64,000 bases of DNA from Smithellaceae bacterium (GTDB lineage: Bacteria > Desulfobacterota > Syntrophia > Syntrophales > Smithellaceae), in assembly GCA_963667845.2 (NCBI GenBank), contig CAXXVL010000002.1, forward strand, positions 3,392,001-3,456,000, written 5' to 3'. A program made the position numbers and the translations under genes. Below the pieces are notes generated by a model. It was given only the letters and a program-made list of their open reading frames with translations. It had not been told where the DNA came from and ran no database searches. How positions within the stretch are numbered: position 1 is the first letter of the stretch; each line of letters starts with the position of its first letter. Below are positions 10,445-19,655 of the stretch, in pieces.

Positions 10445-11221
10445 TTATTTCTTATTGAGATCATAAATGATCCGGAGACCATCCAACGTCAACATCTCTT
10501 CAATTTTTTCAATGGTTTTCGTTTCCGGTGCAACAATCCGGGCCAACCCTCCCGTGGCGATGACCAGCGGATTGGTTTTGACTTCCGCCTTCATCCGCGT
10601 GACGATGCCGTCTACCAGACCGGCATAGCCGAACATGATGCCCGCCTGAATGGCGCTGACCGTGTCTTTGGTGATCACCGTTTTAGGTTTGCTGAATTCG
10701 ACGCGCGGCAGCTTGGAGGCTCTTTCAAAAAGGGCTTCACTGGAAATCACGATGCCGGGTGCAATGCAGCCGCCCATGTATTCACCTTTGGGCGAAACGT
10801 AGTCAAAGGTGGTTGCCGTACCGAAATCCACGATGATGGATTCCCGGCGGTACTTGCTGAAAGCCGCTACCGCATTGACGATGCGGTCGGCTCCCACTTC
10901 TTTCGGATTATCATAAAAGATCGGCATGCCCGTCTTGATTCCGGGGCCGACGATCATCGGCTTAATGTTAAAATATTTGATGCAGAGGGGCTCCAGGATG
11001 TTCAGCATCGGCGGCACCACGCAGGAAATAATAATATCCGTAACGGCTTTCATTTCCTTGGCCTTCATGCGGCTGGACTGATAAAGATTATAGATGAGGA
11101 CGCCGTATTCATCAATCGTATGGTCGATCTCCGTCCGGATGCGCCAATCGTGGAGCAGCTGATCCTCATCAAAAAGCCCCAGCACCGTGTTTGTGTTGCC
11201 GACATCAATAACCAGCAGCAT
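10445..11221 (-). CDS. coaX: Type III pantothenate kinase
   Basis: [35 protein letters not shown]. Confidence 0.97.
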   Translation of the reverse strand: MLLVIDVGNTNTVLGLFDEDQLLHDWRIRTEIDHTIDEYGVLIYNLYQSSRMKAKEMKAVTDIIISCVVPPMLNILEPLCIKYFNIKPMIVGPGIKTGMPIFYDNPKEVGADRIVNAVAAFSKYRRESIIVDFGTATTFDYVSPKGEYMGGCIAPGIVISSEALFERASKLPRVEFSKPKTVITKDTVSAIQAGIMFGYAGLVDGIVTRMKAEVKTNPLVIATGGLARIVAPETKTIEKIEEMLTLDGLRIIYDLNKK

Positions 11222-11227
11222 AGTTAA

Positions 11228-12019
11228 TCACCTCTTTAAAATTGTTGCATCTCCGGCGGAGACTCTTATGGTCTTACGTCCGGCTGTCCGAAGGATTAAT
11301 GAACCGTCGTCGTCGATTCCCGCGGCCTCGCCGTTTACGGTTTCCTCTCCGTAGCGGACCGAAACCGGCCCTCCGATCATCGGCGCCAGGCTAAGCCATT
11401 TCTTCCTGACCGCGCCAAACCCCTCTTGAGCCAGCTCTCTATACCATTTTGCCGTATTTTCATACAATCGAATTATGACATCCAGGCGCGATATTTCCAA
11501 GCCCGTTTCGATCGCCAAGGACGTGGCAATTTCCCGGATATCGGACGGAAATGCTTCGCGGTTCAGGTTAACATTGATACCGATTCCCACAACCACAAAA
11601 TCAATCGCCGCACCCGCCATTTTCATCTGCGCGAGAATGCCGCAAACCTTTTTCCTGTTGATCAGAACGTCATTGGGCCACTTCAGCTGCACGCGGTCAG
11701 GACAGTAACCGCAAAGGGTTTCCGCCGCCGCAACGCCGGCGGCAATGGAAATCTGCGGTGCACGCGCCGCCGCGAATTCCGGCCTCAGGATAATGGATGT
11801 GTAAATATTCGCGCCCGCGGGCGAGTGCCACACGCGCTGCATACGCCCCTTGCCGGCCCGCTGCATGTCGGCAACAAGCACCGTCCCCTCCGGCGCGCCC
11901 GCCGTCCCCAGACGAAAGGCTTCGTCATTGGTTGAATCCGTTGTCTCGTAATAGTGCAGCTCGCGGCCGATGAACCTGCCGGCAAGGTGTTCTTCCAGTG
12001 CTCTCTGGTTAAGGTTCAT
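11228..12019 (-). CDS. birA: Biotin-[acetyl-CoA carboxylase] ligase without N-terminal HTH
   Basis: DSTN, QRAGKGRMQRVWHSP, LKWPNDV, KKVCGIL, GIGINVN. Confidence 0.95.
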   Translation of the reverse strand: MNLNQRALEEHLAGRFIGRELHYYETTDSTNDEAFRLGTAGAPEGTVLVADMQRAGKGRMQRVWHSPAGANIYTSIILRPEFAAARAPQISIAAGVAAAETLCGYCPDRVQLKWPNDVLINRKKVCGILAQMKMAGAAIDFVVVGIGINVNLNREAFPSDIREIATSLAIETGLEISRLDVIIRLYENTAKWYRELAQEGFGAVRKKWLSLAPMIGGPVSVRYGEETVNGEAAGIDDDGSLILRTAGRKTIRVSAGDATILKR

Positions 12020-12025
12020 CTGAGC

Positions 12026-13471
12026 TCATTGGGCGATATCAACTATTTTCTTCGCCCACTTCTTTTTCTGCTCGAGGTTGCCCAGTCGTCCGTACATCAC
12101 TTTCTGCGACTGGGGGGAGCCGGCTCCGTGCATCGATTCGGCCAGCGCCGTGCCTCCGCTCATATTTTCAATCAGCCGCAGGATTTTGATCCGGTCTTCG
12201 GTTTTAATCCCCTGGACCCCCATGAGAAATTTCTTCACGTAGCGCCCGACCTCGCTGCTTTCCAGATCCGCCTGAAACGGCATGGTCGCGATAATGCCGC
12301 CGGCGATATCATGCGCCAGGCGGGCGATTTCATAAATATGGCGTGTGACGTTGTGCTTCGTCGTATTCGCGAGCAGCGGATCGGGATAATAGGCTCCGGA
12401 GGAGGTCTTTCGTCCCATGGCTGAACAGGCGACGGAACCGCAGAAGATCGTCTCGGCCAGATGGATCATTTCGGCAAGTTTTTCCTTGACGTGCGACGCG
12501 GAGGCCGTACCCTGATATTCCGCAGCCAGCGCCGTGGCGCCGATCAACACATCAGACACGCCGCCTTTGCATCCGCCGTAATTCTGACGGTGCAGCGTCG
12601 CAAACCGCTCCACAAACAACCCGCACATATCATACTCACCGCAGAGAAAGACGCGCTCCCAGGGAACAAAGACGTTTTCAAAGACAATCAACGCCTCACC
12701 ACCGACCAGGCCAAAGCGCGGATTGCCGGAATCGATGCCGCATTCCAGCTTGCGCTCCTCGTTGGTCTGGCGTCCGAAGATCAACGTGACGCCCGGCGAA
12801 TCGAGCGGGAAAGCACAGGAGAGCGCATAATCCTTGTCCTCTTCTTTCATTGCCTGCGTGGGCATGATCAGAATTTCATGAGAATTGACGGCTCCGGTCA
12901 TGTGGGCCTTGGCCCCGCGAATCACAATGCCGTCCGCGCGTTTCTCAACGATGTGCGTGAAGAGATCCGGATCATGCTGTTTGGATGGGGACAAAGAGCG
13001 ATCGCCCTTCGGGTCCGTCATCCCTCCCACCAGCATGATATTGTCTTCCTGAATATGCGTCAGATACTTTTTGAAGCGTTCAAAATAGTCCGTCTTATAT
13101 TTCTGATCGATGTCGTAGGTCGTCATATAAGCGGCGTTGAGCGCGTCAAATCCGACGCAGCGCTGAAAACACGAACCGGTTTCATGGGCAATAAGCCTCA
13201 GCATCTGAATCTTTCTGAGCAGATCATCGACGCTCTGATGAATATGCGTAAACCGGTTGATTTTTTTCCCGGTCAGATGCGACGTTGCGGTCATTAAATC
13301 TTCATGTTCCGGCCTGAGCGCCAGTTCATAGGTAAGCGCCGCCGAATTGATGTGCGGCTGCAAGGCCGGGTGCGCCGTTACATCTTCGACCCGCTTCCCG
13401 TTATAATACACAACGTGATGAAGGTCCTGGAGGCTTTTAATGTAATCTTCCTTCGTAACAATTCGTTTCAT
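12026..13471 (-). CDS. abfD: 4-hydroxybutyryl-CoA dehydratase/vinylacetyl-CoA isomerase (AbfD; 4-hydroxyphenylacetate 3-hydroxylase fold)
   Basis: [4Fe-4S] ligand motifs SCFQRCVG and HRQNYGGCK; MTDPKGDRS; GAKAHMTG; ESMHGAGSP. Confidence 0.85.
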   Translation of the reverse strand: MKRIVTKEDYIKSLQDLHHVVYYNGKRVEDVTAHPALQPHINSAALTYELALRPEHEDLMTATSHLTGKKINRFTHIHQSVDDLLRKIQMLRLIAHETGSCFQRCVGFDALNAAYMTTYDIDQKYKTDYFERFKKYLTHIQEDNIMLVGGMTDPKGDRSLSPSKQHDPDLFTHIVEKRADGIVIRGAKAHMTGAVNSHEILIMPTQAMKEEDKDYALSCAFPLDSPGVTLIFGRQTNEERKLECGIDSGNPRFGLVGGEALIVFENVFVPWERVFLCGEYDMCGLFVERFATLHRQNYGGCKGGVSDVLIGATALAAEYQGTASASHVKEKLAEMIHLAETIFCGSVACSAMGRKTSSGAYYPDPLLANTTKHNVTRHIYEIARLAHDIAGGIIATMPFQADLESSEVGRYVKKFLMGVQGIKTEDRIKILRLIENMSGGTALAESMHGAGSPQSQKVMYGRLGNLEQKKKWAKKIVDIAQ

Positions 13472-13598
13472 GACTTTCTCCTTGATTCTTTCGGTTGCTC
13501 CTTACCGGATACAAAACCGTCGTCGTTTCCGTCTGCCGGAAATATTTTCAATAATTAAATACATTCGGGATCAGCAAGACACTCAGGTTCCCCATGTC

Positions 13599-14438
13599 TT
13601 ACCGATCGCCCTTTACTCTGAGGGATATATCGGCAGCCCGGACGGAGTGGGTCAGTTCGCCCACGGAAATAAAATCGACGCCCGTCGCGGCGATATCCGC
13701 TACCCGCTCAAGATTAACATTGCCCGATGCCTCGGTGAGTGCGCGCCCGGCAATGAAATCAACGGCTTTTTTCATCGCGTCATTGGTCATATTGTCCAGC
13801 ATGATCATATCGACGCCGCATTTCAGGGCTTCTTTCACTTCCCGCAGATTTTTGGTTTCCACTTCGATTTTCAGATTTTGCTGCAGATGCTTTCGTTGCG
13901 CCCGAACCGCCGCCGTGATGCCTCCCGCCGCCTCGATGTGGTTGTCCTTGATGAGAACGCCATCATAGAGCCCCATGCGGTGATTGGTTCCGCCGCCCAG
14001 GCGGACGGCCATCTTGTCCAGAATGCGCAGCCCCGGAACGGTTTTGCGCGTATCCAGAATTTTCGTTTTTGTCCCTCGGACAACTTCGACATATTTCGCT
14101 GTCAGCGAGGCGATACCGCACATCCGCTGAAACAGATTGAGCGCCACCCGTTCGGCCTGCAAAATACCGGAGAGGTGGCCTTCGACTTCGGCAATCACCG
14201 CACCCCGTTTAGCGACCCGTCCGTCGGCGATCATTTTCTGCACCTTGATGCTTTTATCAACGCACTTAAACACCGCCTCAAACACATCGATGCCGGCAAC
14301 GACAAAATCGTCCTTCGCAACGGCACGCGCCCGGCCCTTCTGCTTCAGACCGACTGTGGCCTGCGTCGTGATGTCACCCGGGCCGATATCTTCAGCCAGC
14401 GCGGCTTTGATAATGTTTTGAATTTGTACAGCTACCAT
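13599..14438 (-). CDS. nadC: Nicotinate-nucleotide pyrophosphorylase (carboxylating); start may be as far upstream as 14471
   Basis: ALAEDIGPGDIT, ERVALN, DTRKTVPG, NHRMGLYD, IKDNHI, IMLDN, EASG. Confidence 0.96.
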   Translation of the reverse strand: MVAVQIQNIIKAALAEDIGPGDITTQATVGLKQKGRARAVAKDDFVVAGIDVFEAVFKCVDKSIKVQKMIADGRVAKRGAVIAEVEGHLSGILQAERVALNLFQRMCGIASLTAKYVEVVRGTKTKILDTRKTVPGLRILDKMAVRLGGGTNHRMGLYDGVLIKDNHIEAAGGITAAVRAQRKHLQQNLKIEVETKNLREVKEALKCGVDMIMLDNMTNDAMKKAVDFIAGRALTEASGNVNLERVADIAATGVDFISVGELTHSVRAADISLRVKGDR

Positions 14439-14562
14439 TTCCTGTTTTGTGATCCTCCCTTTGATCATCATCTCCGGCCGCAGGGTACGGTCTCGGACTA
14501 TCCCCGCATTCCTTCAGCTTGCGAAGATTGCTTTAGCATAAGCGGCTTCGATGCCGGCAAAA

Positions 14563-17238
14563 TTATTTCTGCGCGCTTTTCACGCTGGCAATCTCTTTCA
14601 GCTTTTTCAACGCGCTCTCGAGCGCCGTGAATTTTTCCTGGAAATTCTTTAATTTGTCTTCTTCCTTGGCAATGATTTCCGGCGCGGCTTTTTCCAGAAA
14701 ATCATGGTTGGTCAGTTTTCGCGAACTTTGCTCCAGATCCTTCGCTAATTTCGCCAGCTCCTTTTCCAGGCGCACTTTTTCGCCGGCAATATCGACCACG
14801 CCGGCCAGCGGCACGAATATTTTTGTCGCGCCGACAACACCGGTTGCCACACCCTTCGGCTCAACCAGATTCACTTCCACCGTCAGGGATTCGAGATTGG
14901 ACAGATTCAGAACATAATTGCCGCCCACTTCAACGGCCTTTTTAGCCTGCTCATCGGCAACGGAAATTAAAACCGTCAATTTGTGCGAGGGCGGAATCCT
15001 CATTTCACCGCGGATATTGCGGATGGACGTTATGATCTCCATAAGCATTTCCATTTCCTTTTGGGCAGCCTGATCGTTCCATGCCTCTTTGAATTCCGGA
15101 AATTTGCTGACCATGATGGAGTTTTCATCGCTGTTATGAAGCGCCTGCCAGAGTTCTTCGGTCACAAACGGCATGAAGGGATGGAGCAGCTGCAGCATGG
15201 CGCCGAACACTTCTTTCATCGTCCGCTGGGTCGCTTGTTTCTGCTCGGGGCTCAGCTTGCCGTAGAGCGCGGGTTTACTGATTTCCAGGTACCAGTCACA
15301 GTATTCGTGCCAGATGAAATTATAAACGGCGGCGGAAGCATCATTAAACCGGTATTCATCAAGACTGCGGATAACATCCGCGACTGTTTCATTTAATTTC
15401 GCCTTGATCCATTTTTCCGGCAGCGAATCGGGAGCGACAAGCGCTGCGCTTTCATCATAATCACTCAGATTGGAAAGGGTGAGTTTTGCCGCGTTCCAGA
15501 TCTTATTGACGAAAAATTTATAGCCTTCAATGCGCTCCGGCGACATGCGGACATCACGCCCCTGGGCGGTGTAAGCCGCCAATGTAAATCGAAATGCATC
15601 CGTGCCGTACTGATCGATCATCACAAGCGGATCAATGCTGTTGCCTTTGGACTTGCTCATCTTTTCGCCCTTTTCATCGCGGACGAGCGCATGGAGATAA
15701 ACATCTTTAAAGGGCACGTCTTTCATGACGTACAAGCCCATCATCATCATGCGGGCCACCCAGAAAAAGAGAATGTCGAATCCGGTAATCAGAAGCGACG
15801 TCGGGTAGAAGGTTTTGAGCGCTTTGGTTCTCCGGGGCCAGCCCAGCGTGGTAAACGGCCAGAGCGCCGAGCTGAACCAGGTATCGAGGACGTCTTCATC
15901 CTGCTTGAGTGAAGAGCCGTCACAGGCGGGACACTTGTCCGGATCAACCGTGGAAACGATCACTTTGCCGCAGTCGCCGCAATACCAGACCGGAATGCGG
16001 TGCCCCCACCACAACTGCCGGGAGATGCACCAGTCGCGGATGTTATTCATCCAGTCAAAATACGTAGCCTCCCAGGATGCGGGAATGATCTTTGTCTTCT
16101 TCTTGATCACAGCGGCAATGGCCTGTTTGGCCAGCGGCTTAATTTTTACGAACCACTGCTTGGACACCATCGGTTCGATGTCCGTTTTACAGCGGTAACA
16201 CTGGCCGACATTGTGCGCATAGGGTTCCGTACCCACCATGTATCCGCCCTTTTCCAGATCCGCGACAACATTCCGGCGCGCTTCATAACGGTCCTGTCCT
16301 TTGTAAGGGCCGCCGTGTTCGTTGATGATGCCGTGCCCGTCCATGATGGAAATAATTTCCAGGTTATGGCGCTGGGCCATGGCAAAATCGTTGGGGTCGG
16401 AACCGGGCGTGATCTTCACCGCACCCGAACCGAAATCCATCGTGACATAGTCATCGGCGATGATCGGAATCTGCTTATTCATAAGCGGCAAAATGACGAA
16501 CTTGCCGACTTTATCCGTGTAGCGCGGATCGGCCGGGTTGACGGCTACGGCCGTATCTCCGAGCATCGTTTCCGGCCTCGTCGTGGCCACCACAATATCC
16601 CCGCTGCCGTCGGCCAGCGGATAACGGATATTCCACAGGAAGCTTTGATCCTGCTTGAATTCGACTTCCAGATCGGAAATGGCGGTATGACAGCGCGGGC
16701 ACCAGTTAACGATGTAATCCCCCTGGTAAATCATGCCTTCGTTATACAATCGGACAAAGACTTCCCTGACCGCCTGGGAAAGACCTTCGTCCATGGTGAA
16801 ACGTTCACGGTCCCAATCGCAGGAGCACCCCAGGCGCTTCAACTGATTGATAATTACGCCGCCGTATTTTTCCTTCCATTCCCAGACGCGGGCAATGAAT
16901 TTCTCGCGTCCCAGGTCATGACGCGACAGCCCTTCTTTCCTCAATTGCTGCTCCACAACATTCTGGGTCGCGATGCCCGCGTGGTCCATGCCCGGCATCC
17001 AGAGCGTATTATATCCCTGCATCCTTTTGAAGCGGATGATGATATCCTGCAGCGTGTTGTTGAGCGCATGCCCCATATGCAGCATCCCGGTGACGTTCGG
17101 CGGCGGGATGACGATGGAAAAAGCCGGGGCATCACTTTCATCCTTGGCGTGAAAGTATTTATTTTTCAGCCAGTAATCATACAATCTTCCTTCGGCCTGG
17201 GCCGGTTCAAATGCCTTGCCTAACTCTTTTGTTACCAT
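14563..17238 (-). CDS. valS: Valine-tRNA ligase
   Basis: PPPNVTGMLHMGHA, DWCISRQLWWGH, KMSKS, C-terminal coiled coil. Confidence 0.98.
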   Translation of the reverse strand: MVTKELGKAFEPAQAEGRLYDYWLKNKYFHAKDESDAPAFSIVIPPPNVTGMLHMGHALNNTLQDIIIRFKRMQGYNTLWMPGMDHAGIATQNVVEQQLRKEGLSRHDLGREKFIARVWEWKEKYGGVIINQLKRLGCSCDWDRERFTMDEGLSQAVREVFVRLYNEGMIYQGDYIVNWCPRCHTAISDLEVEFKQDQSFLWNIRYPLADGSGDIVVATTRPETMLGDTAVAVNPADPRYTDKVGKFVILPLMNKQIPIIADDYVTMDFGSGAVKITPGSDPNDFAMAQRHNLEIISIMDGHGIINEHGGPYKGQDRYEARRNVVADLEKGGYMVGTEPYAHNVGQCYRCKTDIEPMVSKQWFVKIKPLAKQAIAAVIKKKTKIIPASWEATYFDWMNNIRDWCISRQLWWGHRIPVWYCGDCGKVIVSTVDPDKCPACDGSSLKQDEDVLDTWFSSALWPFTTLGWPRRTKALKTFYPTSLLITGFDILFFWVARMMMMGLYVMKDVPFKDVYLHALVRDEKGEKMSKSKGNSIDPLVMIDQYGTDAFRFTLAAYTAQGRDVRMSPERIEGYKFFVNKIWNAAKLTLSNLSDYDESAALVAPDSLPEKWIKAKLNETVADVIRSLDEYRFNDASAAVYNFIWHEYCDWYLEISKPALYGKLSPEQKQATQRTMKEVFGAMLQLLHPFMPFVTEELWQALHNSDENSIMVSKFPEFKEAWNDQAAQKEMEMLMEIITSIRNIRGEMRIPPSHKLTVLISVADEQAKKAVEVGGNYVLNLSNLESLTVEVNLVEPKGVATGVVGATKIFVPLAGVVDIAGEKVRLEKELAKLAKDLEQSSRKLTNHDFLEKAAPEIIAKEEDKLKNFQEKFTALESALKKLKEIASVKSAQK

Positions 17239-17334
17239 GAAATATTTCTCTCCCATCTATCTATCAATACTCGAAAAGGGCTTGCGCCCTTTCTGACTTC
17301 TTGGATGATCGTCTCCCGGTGTGCTTAAAATTGA

Positions 17335-17360
17335 AGGCGGGACAAAGAGATGTCCCGCCT
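17335..17360. terminator. Hairpin between the TPR-SLH gene and valS
   Basis: AGGCGGGACA-aagaga-TGTCCCGCCT, perfect 10-bp stem. Confidence 0.5.
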
Positions 17361-17385
17361 CACGATTCATTTTGCAAACCGCAAT

Positions 17386-18558
17386 TCAGTTAAAATTCAA
17401 TTTGTCCTTAAGCATCCGGATCGTCAATAGGGCGTCCACGCCCGCCACGGATTTATTCGGCGCGAATTCTCCGGTAGTAATGTCTTTGGTCTCCATGAGA
17501 CCGCGCGTTGTCACGACCATGACCGCATTGAAATAAGGCAATGAATTATTCATATCGGAAAACGGCGATCTCGAACCGATAAACCTTGTTGCGATGGAAT
17601 CATCACCCGTCACTCTCAGCAAAATATCTTCCAGCATCATGGCGTAGGCGGCACGGGTGACGATCTCGCCCGGATGAAAATTGCCGTCGGGATAATTTTC
17701 CAGACCCCGCAGACCGATTTCGAGAATTCCTTCGATATCCGCCCGCAGCGGATGATCGGCAATATCTTTTGCCGTCGTGACGACGATCTTCGCCTGATTG
17801 CCGGCCTTTTCCGGATCTTTAAAAGAGGTATCGAATTTCTTCGGCGTTCTCTTTTTATAAAGAACATCAATTTTCAATTCTTCCATAAACAGCGCCGCGG
17901 CGTCCGCGCGGGTAATCCGCTCCACCAGCGCAATCTGTTTTCCCGTCACTGAACCGGGCATCGCCCGCTGAACCTTCTGGATAAAGTTCCATTCATTGTC
18001 TGCTTTCGATACATAATCCGTTTTCAGTTCCAAAACCCTGGTAAACATCAGGCCCGCGGCATTGAAATCGCAAGCCTGTTTGTAAGCAAGACCCATGAAA
18101 TAATAAGCGGCAGAATGCTTCGGGTCGAGTTTCACCGCCGCATCAAATTCATCCTTGCAGATAGCCAGCCATTTCTTTTCCAGTTTACTTTGCGTCTGGT
18201 AGCGGATCATACTGACATGGCCAAACAGCATTTCTTCATCCGCTTTGGCGTATTTAGTCCCCTGCTCCAGATTCTCCAGAGCACCCTTAAAATCAGCGGT
18301 ATAGGTTTTGACCAATCCAAGGCCGGTGAAGGCCCTGGAATATTTTCCATCCAATTGCAACGCGAGTTCGAACTCCCTCTGGGCATCGGCATACTTCTCC
18401 TGGTCCAGAAGCCTCATCCCGGTGAAAACATGGTGCTCAGGCGTATCCAACTGGCTGACCGAAACGCGGGGTACCTGTCCGCAACCGGCAATCAATAAAA
18501 TACCCATTATGAAGACGACAAGAAGAAGAATTTTATTTCTTCGCTGAGAATAAAACAT
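17386..18558 (-). CDS. Lipoprotein with TPR repeats and S-layer homology (SLH)-like repeats
   Basis: Lipobox IAGC; TPR-like helices; ITRADAA, DIADHP...YPDGNFHPGEIVTRA, FSDM...FAPNKSV. Confidence 0.75.
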   Translation of the reverse strand: MFYSQRRNKILLLVVFIMGILLIAGCGQVPRVSVSQLDTPEHHVFTGMRLLDQEKYADAQREFELALQLDGKYSRAFTGLGLVKTYTADFKGALENLEQGTKYAKADEEMLFGHVSMIRYQTQSKLEKKWLAICKDEFDAAVKLDPKHSAAYYFMGLAYKQACDFNAAGLMFTRVLELKTDYVSKADNEWNFIQKVQRAMPGSVTGKQIALVERITRADAAALFMEELKIDVLYKKRTPKKFDTSFKDPEKAGNQAKIVVTTAKDIADHPLRADIEGILEIGLRGLENYPDGNFHPGEIVTRAAYAMMLEDILLRVTGDDSIATRFIGSRSPFSDMNNSLPYFNAVMVVTTRGLMETKDITTGEFAPNKSVAGVDALLTIRMLKDKLNFN

Positions 18559-18730
18559 ATGCTGCTCCTTTCTTTTTTCTAAAAGGTGTGCATCCTTAAT
18601 TTTCTAATCGATTATCGGTTAAAAATGCATTTCTTAACTAGCTTTAGTGCCCCTTTAAGTCAAGTCAATATTGCTGCACAGCAACCGGGTCGGGCGCGTA
18701 TTTTGCCGATTTGTCAAGCCTTTTGAAAGA

Positions 18731-19654
18731 TCAACTTTCCCGCCGGAACATTTCGATGGTTTTTCGGATTGCGTCGGATTGATCCGGGGCAAACCACTTA
18801 ATCGATTTATCCGCCGAAAACCAGGTCAGCTGCCTTTTGGAATATTGCCACGTATCGCGATTGATTCGTTCGACCATTGCATCCCGGTCATACTTCCCCC
18901 GGATAAATTCGATAACCTGCTTATATCCCAGCGATTGCAACGGTTTGAGTCTTTCATCATACCCCCGCGATAAAATCCCCCTCACCTCTTCGACAAGCCC
19001 CGCTTCCATCATTTGCGCTGTTCTAAGTGCAATTCGCTCTTTCAATTCGGAGCGCTCGATTTGCAGGCCTATTTTACAGGCGTCATAAGGGCAATCGGCA
19101 AAGGCATGCCGCTTCTGCAGGGTGACGATGGACTGCCCGCTTTGCTCGAGGACTTCCAGGGCCCGAATCACGCGTACGGCGTCGTGGGGATTGATCCGCG
19201 CCGCCGCCTCCGGGTCTCTTTCGCGAAGCAACCCGAAGAGATGTTCTTTGCCCAGACGATCACGAATTCCGCGATAGTGATTGCGGATGTTTTCATCGAC
19301 CGGCGGCGTGGCGATAATCCCCTGCAGGAGCGCCCGGATATACAGGCCGGTTCCGCCGACGACAAATACCGGCTTCTGCCGGTGTGCTATTTTTTCAATG
19401 ATCGTCCGCGCCTGCTCGGCAAAGACAGCCGCGTTGAAATCTTCATCCGGATCGACGACATCGATCAAGTGATGCGTCACCGCCTGACGTTCTTCGGACG
19501 TGGGCTTGGCCGTGCCGATATCCAGATAGCGATAGACCTGCAGCGAATCCGCATTGACAATCTCTCCGCCGCATGGCAGCGCCAGATCAAGCGCCAGGCG
19601 GGTTTTCCCCGTCGCAGTGGGCGAACAGATGACGACAAGCGGAATCTTGCGCAC
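18731..19654 (-). CDS. miaA: tRNA dimethylallyltransferase (GTG start; the longer ORF overlaps mutL)
   Basis: PTATGKT, ADSLQVYRYLDIGTAKP, VGGTGLY, RALEV, YSKRQLTWF. Confidence 0.96.
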   Translation of the reverse strand: MRKIPLVVICSPTATGKTRLALDLALPCGGEIVNADSLQVYRYLDIGTAKPTSEERQAVTHHLIDVVDPDEDFNAAVFAEQARTIIEKIAHRQKPVFVVGGTGLYIRALLQGIIATPPVDENIRNHYRGIRDRLGKEHLFGLLRERDPEAAARINPHDAVRVIRALEVLEQSGQSIVTLQKRHAFADCPYDACKIGLQIERSELKERIALRTAQMMEAGLVEEVRGILSRGYDERLKPLQSLGYKQVIEFIRGKYDRDAMVERINRDTWQYSKRQLTWFSADKSIKWFAPDQSDAIRKTIEMFRRES

Positions 19655-19655
19655 C

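Noticed and set aside
13470..14630. 386-aa plus-strand ORF
   Set aside because: Antisense shadow of nadC; no motifs
16000..17223. 407-aa plus-strand ORF
   Set aside because: Antisense shadow of valS
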